64,000 bases of DNA from assembly GCF_009914755.1 (NCBI RefSeq), contig NC_060925.1. One strand, 5' to 3'. This document shows, one piece after another, positions 33,038-56,122 of the stretch (within the stretch, counting starts at the first letter, position 1; every line of letters starts with the position of its first letter). The DNA is from the human T2T-CHM13v2.0 reference genome, Homo sapiens. Below the pieces are notes generated by a model. The model was not told the DNA's origin. It saw only the letters and a list, made by a program, of their open reading frames with translations, and did not search any database. The position numbers and the translations under genes are program-made.

Positions 33038-34016
33038 GTGTTTATTCTGTGCTGGGCATAGGTTTAGCTGCTTTTTACCTATTAGCTCTTCTAAATGCCA
33101 ATAAGGATATATGGGAATATAGCACTGGCTGAGAGTTAGGACCAATACTCAGTAATTCTGGTCTAAACACTTTGTCTCCTCTCTTCCACTTTATCCCTTG
33201 CATCAGTCTACACTGATTTCACCATGCTTCTCTGTGACTCCAGACCTTGCACTAAAATTCCCTCTGCCTCAGATGCCCACTGTTCCCTCCCACATGGTTC
33301 ACCTTTTTTCATCCTTCAAATCCAGCACAAGTCACTTATCTCTAAAAAGGCTTGCTTGCGCTCCTTTCTCTGTCCTCAAGTAGTCCCTCTCTTCCATCTG
33401 CTGCCAAATAGCTTTGTCCATACCTTTTAAAATAGCACTCATCATATTTTGCTATAATTGTCTATTTATACAGTTTATATCCCCCCTCCCTCTGAAGAAC
33501 CAGGATTCCTCAAATGTGTGCTTCAAAACTGGTACATAGTAGGCCTTCCGTTAATGTTTATTGGATGACTGAATGAAATGTCTTAAAAGCTACTTTGAAG
33601 TATGTGAGACTTTTACTGCAATGAGCTAAGGAGCTTCTGTGTGGGGGAGATCATGAGGGGATGTGTAAATGAGGACAGATTCACTAGGAAGAATTAAGTT
33701 CTTTGCCCACCCACAGGTCTGTATGATTAATTGGCTCAAGAAACAAGTATAGTCACAAACTCAGGGACAGATACCCACCAAGACATATAAAATGAGTCTG
33801 ACCTGGAAATGAGGTTGTGTTACTGTTTGTCTCTTAGGAGCAGGATGATTCAGCATTCCTTCCCTTACATTTAGAGCTAAAACGTTGGTAGCTAAATGGC
33901 AAATTCTAGGTCAGATTCTTTAAATCAAAGTGTTCTTGGATCCTTTTACAAGGGCTGAGAGTGGGGTGGATGTTTAGTTTATGTTTCTAACAGGAGTTTT
34001 TATGGATACCCCATGA

Positions 34017-34592
<576 letters not shown>

Positions 34593-34897
34593 CCCTACTC
34601 CTAGATTTCTGAGCCACCTGTTGCAGCTACCAGAACACTTCCACCAAATTTGTTGGGCCTGCTTGGTGGAAGGGAGTACAGCCATCACTCAGAGATGTTT
34701 GTGTCATCTCCACCCATCCACACCTCACCTCCTTGCCACTACCCTCACTAGCAGGGAGGACACTGCATCTGCATATGTCAGTGTTAGCCTCACCTCACTC
34801 CAGCCGCTTCCCTGGCCACTTTACCCATTGTCCCGAGAAACAATTATAATTTGGATTATAATTGTTTTTTGGTTATAATTGGGTTTATATTGTTTTA

Positions 34898-35782
<885 letters not shown>

Positions 35783-35929
35783 TGTAACTCCAGATTCCAC
35801 TATGAGAAAGTGATAAATTTAGATTACTTTGTGTTGAGGAACTAACAGGAATACTGATTCTGCATTCCTATAACTCTGTTGTTAATACTTTAGTATACTT
35901 TATGTGTCTTAATCTTTGCAACAATCCTA

Positions 35930-39950
<4,021 letters not shown>

Positions 39951-40879
39951 CACGGAAAAGGTTGAGGATAAGGGAATTTTCTGTCCATTGAGTTTCAGAG
40001 GGCAGAGTGGAGATGGGAAGAGGTGGAGGGTGGAATGAGAAAAGGCAGTGTCAGAGCTATATGGGGTATACAGTCCAGGGAAATGATGTGGCCTCAGAGA
40101 CTGAGACTTGGGTGACTGATATGAACAGAGGAGAAGGACTTGCTGAGCTTTGTCTTCATAGCTGAAGAAAGATCATGTTGTGAGATGGCGAGGGAGATGA
40201 GGGAGGAAGGTTTGCCAGGTTCTGGGGCCCTTCCATTTTATAGAAGAGGAGACAGACCCAAAGCGATTTTTGTGTCTTGCCAAGCTAAATGAGAGCAGCT
40301 AAATAAATCAGGTCTCTGACTTGAAGGCCAATACTGTATCCACTTTGCCAAATTCCCTTTCATCTCATGTTGTTTCAACTTCTTGAAGGGCCTTTCCAAG
40401 GAGTTACTTTAGCCTTGAGACATTCTTGAACTCAGTGCCTATAAGATGCAATGTCTTACTATTGATTTGTTTGAGAGGTAGAGATTATGAATTTATTAGT
40501 TTTCCACATTTCTTCAGAGTTTAGAGGCATGAGGTGTCAACATTTCCTTTCTGAAACTTTCCTTGATTTTTCTCTCTCCCCAGGCAGAGATAATCATCCT
40601 AACTGCTCCCTCCTCCTTTGCTCTCCCTGGACCCTGATGTAGGTCTGTTGGAGCACTTAGCACATTGTGTTACAGTCAGTCTCCTCTCCCTCCCCCTGCT
40701 CAACAAGACCCAGGTGCTCTACACAGAACATTAACAGCATTAATAACAACTGTGTGTTGTCTGTCTTCTTAAATTCCAGGGATATTGTTTGTTTTACTCA
40801 CACCTGTCAACTCCCATGCCCAGCCCTTAAGAAGACAGTGCTTGTTCCTTCCCTGTCAGTCCCTTTGGCTTTTACCATT

Positions 40880-41628
<749 letters not shown>

Positions 41629-42127
41629 GGCTTGGCCCAAAGTAGGTGCTAAATAAATATTCCCTGAATGAATATGTGAAACAATCAATGTGTTTCAGGA
41701 GTGAAAAAAATGCATATTTAAGTTGTGTATCTTTCTCTGTGAGGAGACTATAATCTCCTGGTAGGCAGAGACCATCTAGTTCAACTTTGTATTCCTGCTT
41801 AGTAGTGTGTCTGAGTCATACCAACCAGTTCAATAAGTGTTGAATTGAATTAAATCACCTCAAAATCACAGTTGGTGGAAAGAGAAAATGGCCACATAAA
41901 TGTCTGTGGGTTTTAGTGAGGTGGAGGTGAGCTTTCTTTGGGCATTGTCACAAAGAACTTTAAAAGGGAAGGAGAGGGGTGTGGCATCTACTTGTTAAAA
42001 ATAAAAATAACTGTTTTACGAGAAAATGCTGTGGGTGGAGTAGGAAGAAATAAGGGGAAAGGTGGAAACTGATGGAGGTGTGCCAAGTCATGTTTGGATG
42101 ACACATCTTCCTCACAACACAAGATAA

Positions 42128-42396
<269 letters not shown>

Positions 42397-43062
42397 TGAT
42401 CTGCCTGCCTCGGCCTTCCGAAGTGCTGGGATTACAGGCGTGAGCCAGTATGCCTGGCCTATTCACGTTATTTATATAGTTGATTCCTTTCTGGTAACTT
42501 TCAGAGTTTCACTGCCAGCCACTGTTACATGATCCTGCTCAAATATAATGGTTCTAAAAGCTACCATAAGTGAGGTCCTTGTTTGCTGTCATGCTTTAGT
42601 ATCCTGCTGTTTTCTTAATTTTTCTGCTTGTTTTGTACATGAAGGTTTTTTCTGGCATACCAGACATCCGTTTGGTGTTGAAGCTTTCTTTAGTGAATCC
42701 AAGGATGCACATGTGTGCACACATATGTGAGTGACATGCATGCACAGGTTGGAGGGTGATGACTCATTATGTATCGGCTTTGTGTAAATGCAAAGACATT
42801 TATAGTCAAATCAATTCCAAGGATCTGTATTATAAGACACCTTTACTTTAAACGAGATAATGTGTGAAAGTTCTTAGCAAATAACCTAAAACGCAATAGA
42901 GGCTCAATAAAAATCTTGTCCGAATTCAAATCTGAACTACAAGACCTTTTATTATCCATGCCTCTGCTTCCCTCTGTTGTTATGATGATTGAGAATGGTT
43001 AAGTTTTAGAACTCTGCTTTCCAATAAAGATTTATTTCTGAAGCTATTTCTCTTTATCATAA

Positions 43063-43277
<215 letters not shown>

Positions 43278-44331
43278 TAATTTTTGTATTTTTAGTAGAG
43301 ACGGGGTTTCATCATGTTGGCCAGACTGGTCTTAAACTCCTGACCTCAGGTGATCCACCCGCCTTGGCCTCCCAAGGTGCTGGGATTACAGGCGAGAGCC
43401 ACTGTGCCCCGCCTAGTTATGTAGAATTTAACCCAGTATATGGGTTAGAAAAAACAGACTCTGTTCTTTGGGAAAAGTTATCCTGGTTTTCTATCTTGTT
43501 TTTAATACATCAAAATATTTTCAAATATAAATAGAGAATTCAAAAGGAAATCAGAACACAATTACCCATAAAAGTAGATTATTCTTTTTTAGAACATAGA
43601 GAAAATATTGTTTTGGTTTCAAAAAATTGGTTTTAACTGGGTTGGCAGTTGGTCACTGTCCTAACTTGTTTGAGGTTTGATCTTTTTTCCACTAATATTT
43701 CATTGACCTATTTGGGGACAGAGTGGTTGTTTTAGTTTTTTTTTTTTTTTTAAGTGGTTTGAGGCTAAACATAATCTCAAGCCCACCCCATGAGTCTGGG
43801 AGACCCCAAAATATTCCAGAAACAATTCAGCTGCCTCTCCCTCTCCCCAAGTTAGGGTGATACCCAAGAGCACTAGGGTACTTAATCACATGAAATCTCT
43901 TCTTGGAGGGCATGAGCCTCTGATTGTTGAGGGCTTTCCTTCTGTTGACTAGCAACCAAGCAGAGCCCTGTCCTTCCTGATATCCTGCATCAGCTCTTCG
44001 TTCCCTTGACTTGAGGTCCGTAGATTGCAGTGGAAATGTTAACGATCCTGGGAGAGGTGATACATTAAGCTCCATCCTGTATTAAGTTTATTAGGTCCTT
44101 TCCTGAGAGGAGATTACTTAAGTGGTTAAAGGTCTCAAAATTTACAGACCTTTTGCCGAGGGCCAGCCTTAAACCCAAATTGTCCTTGGCCATGGCTGTG
44201 TATAACTGTTGCTCCCACTGAAGCCACATGAGCAGCTGCTTCTTGTCTACTACTATTAGAAATATGATGGCAGTGGCAATGGGAAAGAGCAGGAGGCATG
44301 TGAAGTTGCCCATGGCAAGAATGTCAGAGCT

Positions 44332-44638
<307 letters not shown>

Positions 44639-47064
44639 GAATGTCAGAGCTGTGTCAATGGGCAAAGATTGTGATTAGTTTTGCAACTGCATCCCTAAAC
44701 CTGTCATGTCCCTCTCTGCACAGGCCTGGATAGCCAGCATGCACAAGACCTGTCTAACTGCTTAGTAGAGCCTTTTGGGCTATACTTTAACCCATTCCAT
44801 TCTTCATTTATTAAAGGCTTCAGTTGGAATGAGCCAGGCCCAAAGATTTACCTTTGGAGAAGAGAGATGAAGTCCTGGTAAGACTTCCTAGGTCTATGTG
44901 AATCTGCTCGTTGAGGCTGAGTTGTCTCTGTCCACTTGTGGTTGGTATTTCCAGAAATGATTGAATTCTTTTCTTCCCATTTAGAAGTTTAACTGTTTGT
45001 CTGTGGTCTCATGTTGGGATTTGAAAGCCAGACGTTTTTGCTGCTTCTCGTTTCTCTAGGTCATGTTTCTGTTGTAAAGCTGTTTTTCTTGTGAGGTGGT
45101 AAAAATCTCCATAAGTTGTCCTACTTTGCTTAGTAGAATGTCTTCTGTGTAGTAATAATGCCAGTGCCTTACATATGTATAGCATTTTATAGTTTTCAAA
45201 GCATTTTCACATATATTATCTCACTGTGTAATGTTGTCCTGGGTGTTCTGTATTTACTATCTTAAGCAACTTGAATATTTTTCTTTTTTCTCCAACCACT
45301 TTTGAGGCTACTACACATGGGTTACTTTTACCTTTCGCATTATTTCCCCCAAGGGCTGTAAGTGTCAAAGGAATTTTTCAAAGAACAGTAAAAGCATCTG
45401 TAAGTGATACTGTTTTCTGATGGCAAAGTGAAGATAACTTGGATGCTGTTTATAACCCTGAGAATTAGGTTCCAGTTCCTTGGACTCACATGATCAGCGG
45501 AAGTACAAAAAACAGTTTATTGTAATGATTGTTCCTACCCCTCCCCTTTTTAATCAGTGAAATATCTCCTAGAATGGGGGAAAGTGTGCAATTCAGGGCC
45601 ATGTAGTAGTTTTGTGGGTGTTTTGTTTTTCATCTTTGTGCCTAGAGCTTTTATATTGATATTATTCATCACCTGGTGGAGAAATTGTAACTTCATTAGC
45701 ACCCTTTTCCCCCTAGAATTATGTGGTTATGCAGTATAATATCACTTACAAAATAGAAGGTGCTTTGGGTTAAAGCCTATAAAATATCTCTGTAGACTGT
45801 GTTTTAAAGGTTTTTTTGCCTGGGCACAGTGGCTTATGCCTGTAATCGCAGCACTTTGGGAGGCCAAGGCAGGAGGATCACTTGAGACTGGGAGTTTGAG
45901 ACCAGCCTAGGCAACATAGCAAGACTACATCTCCCCAAAATTTTTTTTAAAATTGGCCAGGCATGGTGATGCACACTTGTAGTCCCAACTACTTGGAAAG
46001 CTGAGGTGGGAGGATCGCTTGAGCCTAGGAGTTAGAGGTTGTGGTGATCTGTGATCACACCACTGTACTCCATCCTGAGCGATAGCAAGATCCTGTGTCT
46101 AAAAAAAAAATAAAATAATACAATATATTCTTTAGAGCATTTTAGAGATTCCTTCAAGGTTAATTAGAGCAGACCAAGTATAATTCCTTGAACTAGCTTC
46201 TCATTGCCCTACTCATGCCATATCCTGTCTGCATCATTCCATCACCAGATTCTGGGTGCACCATGGAGACCTAGGTAATGACATAGAGTAATACCAGCCA
46301 TAGGATGTCAGGACTGGGAGGGACCAAGCAAGTTGCTGTGAACCCCTCTTACCCTTGCATGCTCTCTTATACCATCCTTGAGTAATGAGCCTTGGCCCTT
46401 ACATCCTAAGGGAGTGGAAAAGTATCCATTTTGTTGAGCCCAAATCCATCTCCCTATAGCATCTATTCAATTCAACAAACACTGAGTGCCTACCGTGCAG
46501 CAGGCACTATTCTAGGTGCTGAGGATACATCAGTGAACAGACAGACAAAATAATGCTCTTATGGATATCTCTGTCTCCTGGAGTTTTAGAAGACAAGCCA
46601 AATAATTCTTCTGCACTGAAGCCCTTCAGAAACTTGAAGACTGTGCTCCTGTTCCTCTGAGTCTTCACTTCAAGCTAATATTCCTACTTAACCCAGTGGA
46701 ATACAGCATCACGTCATCTTGCAAAGTGGATTGGTTGTCTTTGGATGCATTCTAGTTTTCTTTGATATTGAATTGAACTGATTTTTAGTAGACTGATTTT
46801 TCAGAAAGTTTTTTGTTGTAAAGGTAATAAGTACTTGGAGAAATTTTGGAAAATACAGACAAGTATAAAATATAAAGAAGACATTACCTGTAATTCCATT
46901 ACCCACTGTTAAAATGTTGGTATATTTCCTTCTAGCTGTTCCCAATTTGTATCTGTTTATATAGTGGAGATCATAATGCATTATTTATAATTTTATATCC
47001 TGTTTTTTCACTTAACATTGACATTTGTGCATTATGTTGATAAAATCATTTAAATGGTTGCATA

Positions 47065-47368
<304 letters not shown>

Positions 47369-47780
47369 GGGCTATATAATGTTCCAATCAGATATAAAAG
47401 AGTGGTAGGGATTCCTAAAGTGGGCAAAACTATTTCCTTTTCATTAAGCCTTCCACCTCCTAAGCCACTACACTTTGAGTCATACTTGTCCTATGGGAAG
47501 GAAGGTGACTGTATATCTCCTGTGGATTCTTTTAACCTAGATTATTCTTGATATGCTTTCTTTCTGGTCATTCCTTTGTGTTTCCTCATGATCATGCTCT
47601 GCCTGTTTGTTTGGCGTATAGGGTTGCCTATAGAGTTTCCTTGTACACCAGGATGTCCAGGGGGCCAATTTTGAGGCTCTGTTCCTACTAGGTTCAGTCT
47701 TGAAGAGTCTGTTGGAACCATTTCTTCTGGTGGACTAAACGATAGCAGGCACAGCACTCACTGTTGTCCTTGAATTGCAG

Positions 47781-48011
47781 GCCTCCAGCTAAACCAGAAG
47801 GCCCTCACCACTTTCCCGGATGTGGTGCTTGTACGGGTACCCACACCCTCAGTGCAGTCAGACAGTGACATCACTGTCCTGCGACACCTGGAGAAGCTGG
47901 GCTGCCGGTTGGTCAATCGCCCACAGAGCATCTTAAATTGCATCAACAAATTCTGGACGTTCCAAGAACTGGCTGGACATGGGGTCCCCATGCCAGACAC
48001 CTTCTCCTATG
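47781..48011 (+). CDS. RIMKLA: RIMKLA coding exon 2 ([23 protein letters not shown]...[10 protein letters not shown])
   Basis: Acceptor ttgcag|G, donor G|gtgagt; 231 nt; in frame with exon 1; RimK-type VN..S...C.NK..T...L...GVP.P.T segment. Confidence 0.96.
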
Positions 48012-48189
48012 GTGAGTCAGCTTGAAATAGCTTCCCAAATCATGTGCATCTCTGTTTTCTTTCCTTAGAAACCTTCTAGTATCTTTGTTGCTTTTGAATG
48101 TGAGTCTGTTGATTCAACATCTTGGCCTATCTGAAATCTTTATCCTGGCCTTTCTATCTGAAAATGCCTTGGCGTCTTCCCTTCTGTAA

Positions 48190-50330
48190 GTTATTCATTA
48201 AATACATATCTGGTACACACTGTGTGCCAGGCAGCATGCTAGGCACTGGGTTACAGCATTAAGCAAGAGGCTCCTGCCCTCAAGGCATTCCCAGTTCATC
48301 AGAGGCAGAGGACAAGTGAACAGGCAATTTCAGAGCAATGTGAAACATGCTATGAAAAGAATAAGTGCAGAGCGGTGCAGGAGTATGTAGGAGAGCTCCC
48401 CAGTGCAGTTTAGACATTGAGGAAGTCTTCCTAAAAGAGCTAACATAGAGTTACGCTGAAGTTATCTAGCTAAGCAAAGGGAGATGGTGGAAGGGAGGTA
48501 ATGTAACAAGAGAGCAGAATATAGAAAGACCCAGAGGGGAGAGACACCCTGACCTGTTGGTGGTATTCTGAGTAGTTTGTAGAATGTTAAGAGAGATATA
48601 GCTAAATATAAGGCTGGGAAAATAAGAGGGCACTATATACAGCAGGTGAAGGAGATGAGGGTTAATCCTGAGACTAACAGGAAGTTATGGGAGGGCTTTA
48701 ATCAGGGAGGTGACCTGATAAGAGTTATAGTTCAGATGATCACTTTGGCTATACTGTGGAGAAGGAATTGGACAGGGGCAAAGTAGAGACAGGACAAGTA
48801 GTGGTAGGTTTTTAAAATAATCCAAGTGAGCAACGATGGTCTAAACTAACAGTGGGAATGAAGATGTGTGAACAGATTCAGGAATTGTGAAGTTTGTAGA
48901 AATAATAGGACATGATGATTGATTTATATGAAGAGTTTGGAGAGAAATCAAGAGTGACTGGTTTCTGATTTGAGCAACCAGATGTGAAAGCAAACATTTG
49001 CTAAGACTAGAAATGTGGGAGGAAAGAAGCTGATTTGTGGGTAGGGGGTGAAGGATTATAGGGGAGAGGTGATTTCAGTTTGGGACATGATCTGTTTGAG
49101 GTGTCTGTAGTACATGCAAGTAAAAATATTTAGTAGGCAGCAGATAAATGAATCTGGAGCTTCTGAAAGAAGTGCAGACTAGGGAAGTGGAGCTGGAAAC
49201 CTTCATTATGTGAGGTGAAGTCCGAGGAATGGATGAGAGTACTCAGGGAGAGTGTATGTAGGAAGAAAAGAGGGCTGATCTGTTCACCTAAAATGGTTAA
49301 AATGGTATATTTTATGTATATTTTAACACCAACATTTTTTTAAAAGAGGGAATCCTTTCGGGCAGTGGTCCCCAAGCTTTTTGACACCAGGGACCGTTTC
49401 ATGGAAGACGATTTTTCCACAGATGGGGGTGGGGTGGGGGAGGATGGTTTCAGGACGAAACTGTTCCACCTCAGATCATCAGGCATTAGTTAGATTCTCA
49501 TAAGCGGTGCACAACCTAGATCCCCCTGCATGTGCAGTTCATAATAGGGTTAGAGATCCTATGAGAATCTAATGCCGCCACTGATCTGACAGGAAGTGGA
49601 GCTCAGGCAGTAATGCTTGCTCACCTGCTGCTCACCTCCTGATGTGCCGCCCGGTTCCTAACAGGCCACAGCCTGTTATTAGGGTTGGGGACTCCTGCTT
49701 TAGGGAATGGGTACAGGAAGAGGAATCTATAAAAGAAACTAATCACTTGAGCCCAGGAGTTCAAAGCTGCTTTGAACTATGATCATGCCATTGCCAGCCC
49801 GGATGACAGAATGAGACTCCATGTCTAAAAAAAAAAGGAAGGAGGGAGGGAGGGCGGGCAACTTGAGAGGTGAGAAGAGAAAAAAGAGAGATCAGAGAAG
49901 CCAACGGAGAGAGTATTCCAAGATGGGTGGTATAATCAAAAGTATTGTGTGATTCCAAAAGGACAGGTAACATAATGCGACTTGTCAACATTGATGTGTG
50001 TGTTGGGTTCAGCAAAAGGGAGTTTAATGAATACAGCTTCAGTTTAGTGCTGGAGAGAGGGAGAAGGAAATAAATGGGAAGTTAGGAAATGGAAACAGTG
50101 GCTTTCTATAACTCTTTCAGTGGCTAATGGTAGGGATACAAAGTTATAGTTAAGGGATGATGCAGGGTCAAAGAATAGGGACTCTTATTTGCTTAAGATG
50201 GAAGATAATTGAGCATGTTTAAAATGCCCATGAAATTAGGAATTGGGAGGTTGAAGATATAGTAGAGAGGGTGCAAAATCCCTGGGGAGTTGAGAAAGGG
50301 CGTCTAAAGCACAGTGGGCCAGGGATGGAT
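48190..50330 (-). mobile_element. L2 remnant interrupted by MER1B and an Alu fragment
   Basis: ttattcattaaatacatat..tgtgtgccaggcagcatgctaggcactggg L2 terminus and typical body. Confidence 0.65.
49363..49697 (+). mobile_element. MER1B (hAT-Charlie) non-autonomous DNA transposon
   Basis: TIRs cagtggtccccaa / ttggggactcctg; 8-bp TSD ctttcggg / ctttaggg. Confidence 0.88.
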
Positions 50331-50559
50331 TAGGAAGACCTCTCTTACTGCATCGAAAAGAAAGGAAGGAAGGATGGCTAGAGAGAACATAAGCTTATCA
50401 GCGGGATGGCGGGAAGCTGGGAGTTCCCTTCTTACAAAACATCCTCTTCATGAAGATGCCCCTAATTACGTTCACGGCCTCATTTTCTTTTTTAAAAATC
50501 ATTAGCACTCTTGTGAACTAGACAGGTCTTGTTAGTATTCTAGAGTATTTTGCTTTGCC

Positions 50560-51400
50560 TGTGGTAGGCAGAATAATGCCACTCCCCCACCCTGAGATAC
50601 CCAAGTCCTAATCCCTAGCACCTGTGATTATGTTAGTTTATGTGGCAAAAGGGAATTAAGACAGCAGATGGAGTTGGTTGCTAAGCAGATGACCTTAAGA
50701 TACAGAAATTATTCTGAATTATCCAAGAGGGCCCAATGTTGTATATGTCCTTAAAAGTGGAACAGGAAATCAGAAGAGAGAGTCAGAGGGAGAGGTGACC
50801 GAGGAGGAAGATCATTGTGTTGCCATGTGAGGACTCTACCTGCTGTTGCTGGCTTTGGACATGGAAGAGGGCCATGAGCCAAGGAATGTGGGTAGCCTCT
50901 AGAACCTGAAAAATGCAAGGAAATAGATTTTCCTCTACAGCCACCAGAAAGGAATCCACCTGGCTAACTTTTTTTTTTTTTTTTTTGAGACAGGGTTCTG
51001 CTCTGTTGCCCAGGGTGTACTGCAGTGGCATGATTGTGGCTCACTGCAGCCTCGACCTCCTGGGCTCAACTGATCCTCTCACCTTAGCCTCCCAAGTAGC
51101 TGGGACCACAGACGTGCACCACCACACCCAGCTAATTTTTGTATTTTTTGTAGAGATGGGGTTTCACTACGTTGCCCAGGCTGGTCTCAAACTCCTGAGC
51201 TCAGGCAGTCCGCCCACCTCGGCGCCCACGAAGTGCTGGGATTCCAGGCATGAGCCACCACACCTGGTCTTGGCTAACATTTTTTTTTTAGCCCAGTGAG
51301 ACCTGTGTTGGACTTCTAACTACAGAACTGTATGACAATAGATTTGTGTTGTTTGAACCACCAAGTTGTAATTTGTTACCGCAACAAGAGAAAACTAGTG
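50560..51400 (+). mobile_element. MLT1 (D/E-like) LTR with inserted Alu (50968-51274 -)
   Basis: tgtggtaggcagaataatg start; aatttgttacc..agaaaacta end. Confidence 0.78.
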
Positions 51401-52034
51401 CCCCACTGTACCTACAAAACACATGTATTTAGCACATTTTTGAGAACTAGGAAGTAAACAAAAAGAACCTCTAAGCAGCCCAAATATGTGTCACAAACTC
51501 CAACAAGCATTGAACCTCCCTCTCTTACTTAATGAATGGGAAAGCCCTCCAGACTTATCTGGAACTTAGTTTCCCCTGTGCTAGAAAAATCTCACAAGTT
51601 GCATTGTCCTCTCTAAGCCCACAGCAAAGAGAATCAGGAAAAGAGGCTTATTTCTGCTCTATACTGACAGCAGTGAGAAATATTAGTTGACATCTGACAG
51701 CAAGGAATGTGACAAACCACTAAAAAACCAGGTTCCCAAACTAGAAAGTACACTAGTTTGGTGCCATTGAATAGAGGGCGGATGTAGTCCCTTGGGGCAT
51801 TACGGTGCAGTCATTAATGTTCATGACATGGACTCTAAGCTATCAAGAAAAGATTATGTTTGATATAGTATATATAAGAACCCAGGTTCATAAAACAATT
51901 TAGAAAGATTTTCATGCACATCGTTATTCATATTTTTTTAAATTAAGGCTTATAGGAGTATGGTGGAGCCAGTTCAGGCTTCAGAGTCATACCTTAATTT
52001 TGGGTGAGACAAATCCCCAGGCTTGGTTTCTTTG

Positions 52035-52606
52035 AGTGTTGGTTTTCTATCGCTCCATAACAAACTTCTAAAAACTGAGCAGCTTCAAATGATACCCATT
52101 GATTACCTCGTAGTTTCTGTAGATCAGAAGTCTCACAGCATAGCTGGGTTCTCTGGTTAGGTGTCCTTAGGCTGAAATCATGGTGTCAGCTGGGGTTGTG
52201 GTCTTACCTGAAGTTTGGGGTCTTCTTCCAAGCTGCCTGATTGTTGACGTTCAGTTTCTTGTAGTTGTGGGACTGAGTCCCCCACTTCCTTGCTAGCCAT
52301 CAACTGGGGACATTCTCTGCTAGAGGCTGTCCTCCGCTCCCTGCCACATGGCCTTCTCCACAACATGGCAGTTTGCTCCTTCAAGGCCAGCAGAAGAGTC
52401 TCTCTGATGTTTCACCATTTTTTTTTTAGAGACTCATCTGATTAGGTCAGGCTCACCAAGGATCATCTCCCTTTCAGTTAACTAAAAGTCAAAATCACAG
52501 GAATGATATCCCAACATATTCATTGGTCCCTTCCACACTTAGAAGAGGGGATTATACAAGGAGCTTACACCAGGGGGCAGATATATCTTGGGGTTCCACC
52601 TACCAC
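52035..52606 (-). mobile_element. MLT1-type LTR
   Basis: Reverse MLT1 signature ataacaaac..aaactgagcagctt..gtttctgtagatcagaagtc. Confidence 0.7.
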
Positions 52607-52888
52607 AGCCATTGTAAAGGGAAAGGTATCTACCTATATGATTGTTATAAGGATTGTGAAGTCTTTACCACACAGAAGGCACCTGCTAAATGTTGGTTTC
52701 CTTACCTCTCTGCTCCCACCTTTTACCTTGCAGGTATATAATGTGTGTCTGTTGAATCAACTGGGTTTGAATGGCCTTAATCAGAGAGAGATGAGGCCTC
52801 ACAAGAATTCCTACAGAGGGGCGGGGCTGGGGTGACCGCTACCTGACTATCAGCCTTACCTTCACTGACTTTCACCTTTTCTTGGCAG

Positions 52889-52975
52889 GTGGGCATGAAG
52901 ACTTTTCAAAAATGATTGATGAAGCTGAGCCCCTGGGCTACCCAGTCGTGGTGAAGAGCACACGAGGCCACCGGG
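52889..52975 (+). CDS. RIMKLA: RIMKLA coding exon 3 ([29 protein letters not shown])
   Basis: Polypyrimidine tract plus ggcag|GT; donor G|gtcagt; 87 nt; ATP-grasp GYPVVVK..G..G motif. Confidence 0.96.
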
Positions 52976-54404
52976 GTCAGTGCCACCTCTCCAGGGCTTC
53001 CTGGGTAATCAGCCCACTAGGGCTGCTGCTCTGCCTGGACAAGACACTCCTCAAGTGCTGCTTAGAAAAATGGAGCTCCCCTTTGAGGAGCTTGCAGTGT
53101 TTCTTTCTCTTTGTCCTCTGTTCTTGCTTTTGTCAGATCATGCTCACCTCTTCCCTGAACTATTGCAATCAACTCCTGACTTAATGCTGATCGGTTTCCC
53201 TAACTCCACTGCCAGTGCCTCTTCTGTTCTTTTTTTGAAGTAATTTCTCTGAAACATAGATCTGTTCTTGTTACTCTCTCACTGAAAAACCCTCCCAAGA
53301 CCCTGTGCCGCCTATTAGACAGAGTCCATATTCCTCATCATGAAACTGAAGGCCCTGTACAAACAGCCTCAGCCTTCCCTTGCAGCTGTCTCTGGCCACA
53401 TGAACCTTTCATAATCCATTCCAGACTACTTCTCATTCACCAAGTAGACCGTGCATTTTCCCCTCTTTAAGCGTCTGCTCTTTTCCCTTTGCTGAGAATG
53501 CCATCTTTCTCTGCTCACTTGGTCAACTTCTTCTGCTCATCCTTTAAGGCCAGCTCCAGATGTCATTTCTTTTCTGCACACATTCCCTGATCTCCCTCCC
53601 TGTCTTCCAGACAAAATTAATTGCTCTTCCCTTTTTGTTTCCATAGCATTTTGTATGTGCCTCTAGCAGAGTGCTATACTTTGTAACAGTTACAGGTTTA
53701 TATGCCTCCTTTCTTTACTAGACTGCGAGCTGCTCATTGGTGGGGACCAGATCCTGAGCATCTGTCTCTGTAAGGCTTACTGTAGTGCTCAGTGCATCGC
53801 TGGGACTCAGTAGGGACATCAGCAACAGAAAGGAGTCTTCCTGCAGTATATGAGCAGGTGCCTCATCGGGATACCCAGGTGGCATGCTTAAACACTCCAG
53901 GCATCTGGAGTGAGGGAAGGTCACCCTAAATAGATACATAGTGAGCAACTACTATGGTGTAGGGACTATGCAATAGAAATGAACTAGACAGCACTCTATC
54001 CTGGGCGACAGAGTGAGACCATGTCTCAAAAAACAAAAAAACAAAAACAAACTAGACCCAGTCACTGATCTCGAGGCGCTCAAATGTGTAGACACAGTTG
54101 CATTGCAGGGTGATCATCACTGATATAGCAAGTATGCCCAGGGGTCTGTTTAAGCCTACAGGAGGGAGGGGACAATTCTGCCATGAAGTCTTCACTGGAA
54201 GAAAAGCAGACTTCAGTGGATGTGTAGAATTTGAATTGGCGGAAGTGAGTGAGCAACACACAGAAGCAAGGGTAGGCAACGCAACCAGTGAGCATAGATG
54301 AGTCGTGTTGAGGAGCAGAGAAAGGAGCCTGGGTGGCAAAGTGGGACTCTTAGTGCGATGCAGATGTGCTACTGAGCTCAATTTCAACCAGCCTTTCAAC
54401 TAGT

Positions 54405-56122
<1,718 letters not shown>

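Noticed and set aside
52976-53184. In-frame read-through of exon 3 into intron 3
   Set aside because: RimK similarity stops at the donor; no support for an alternative last exon
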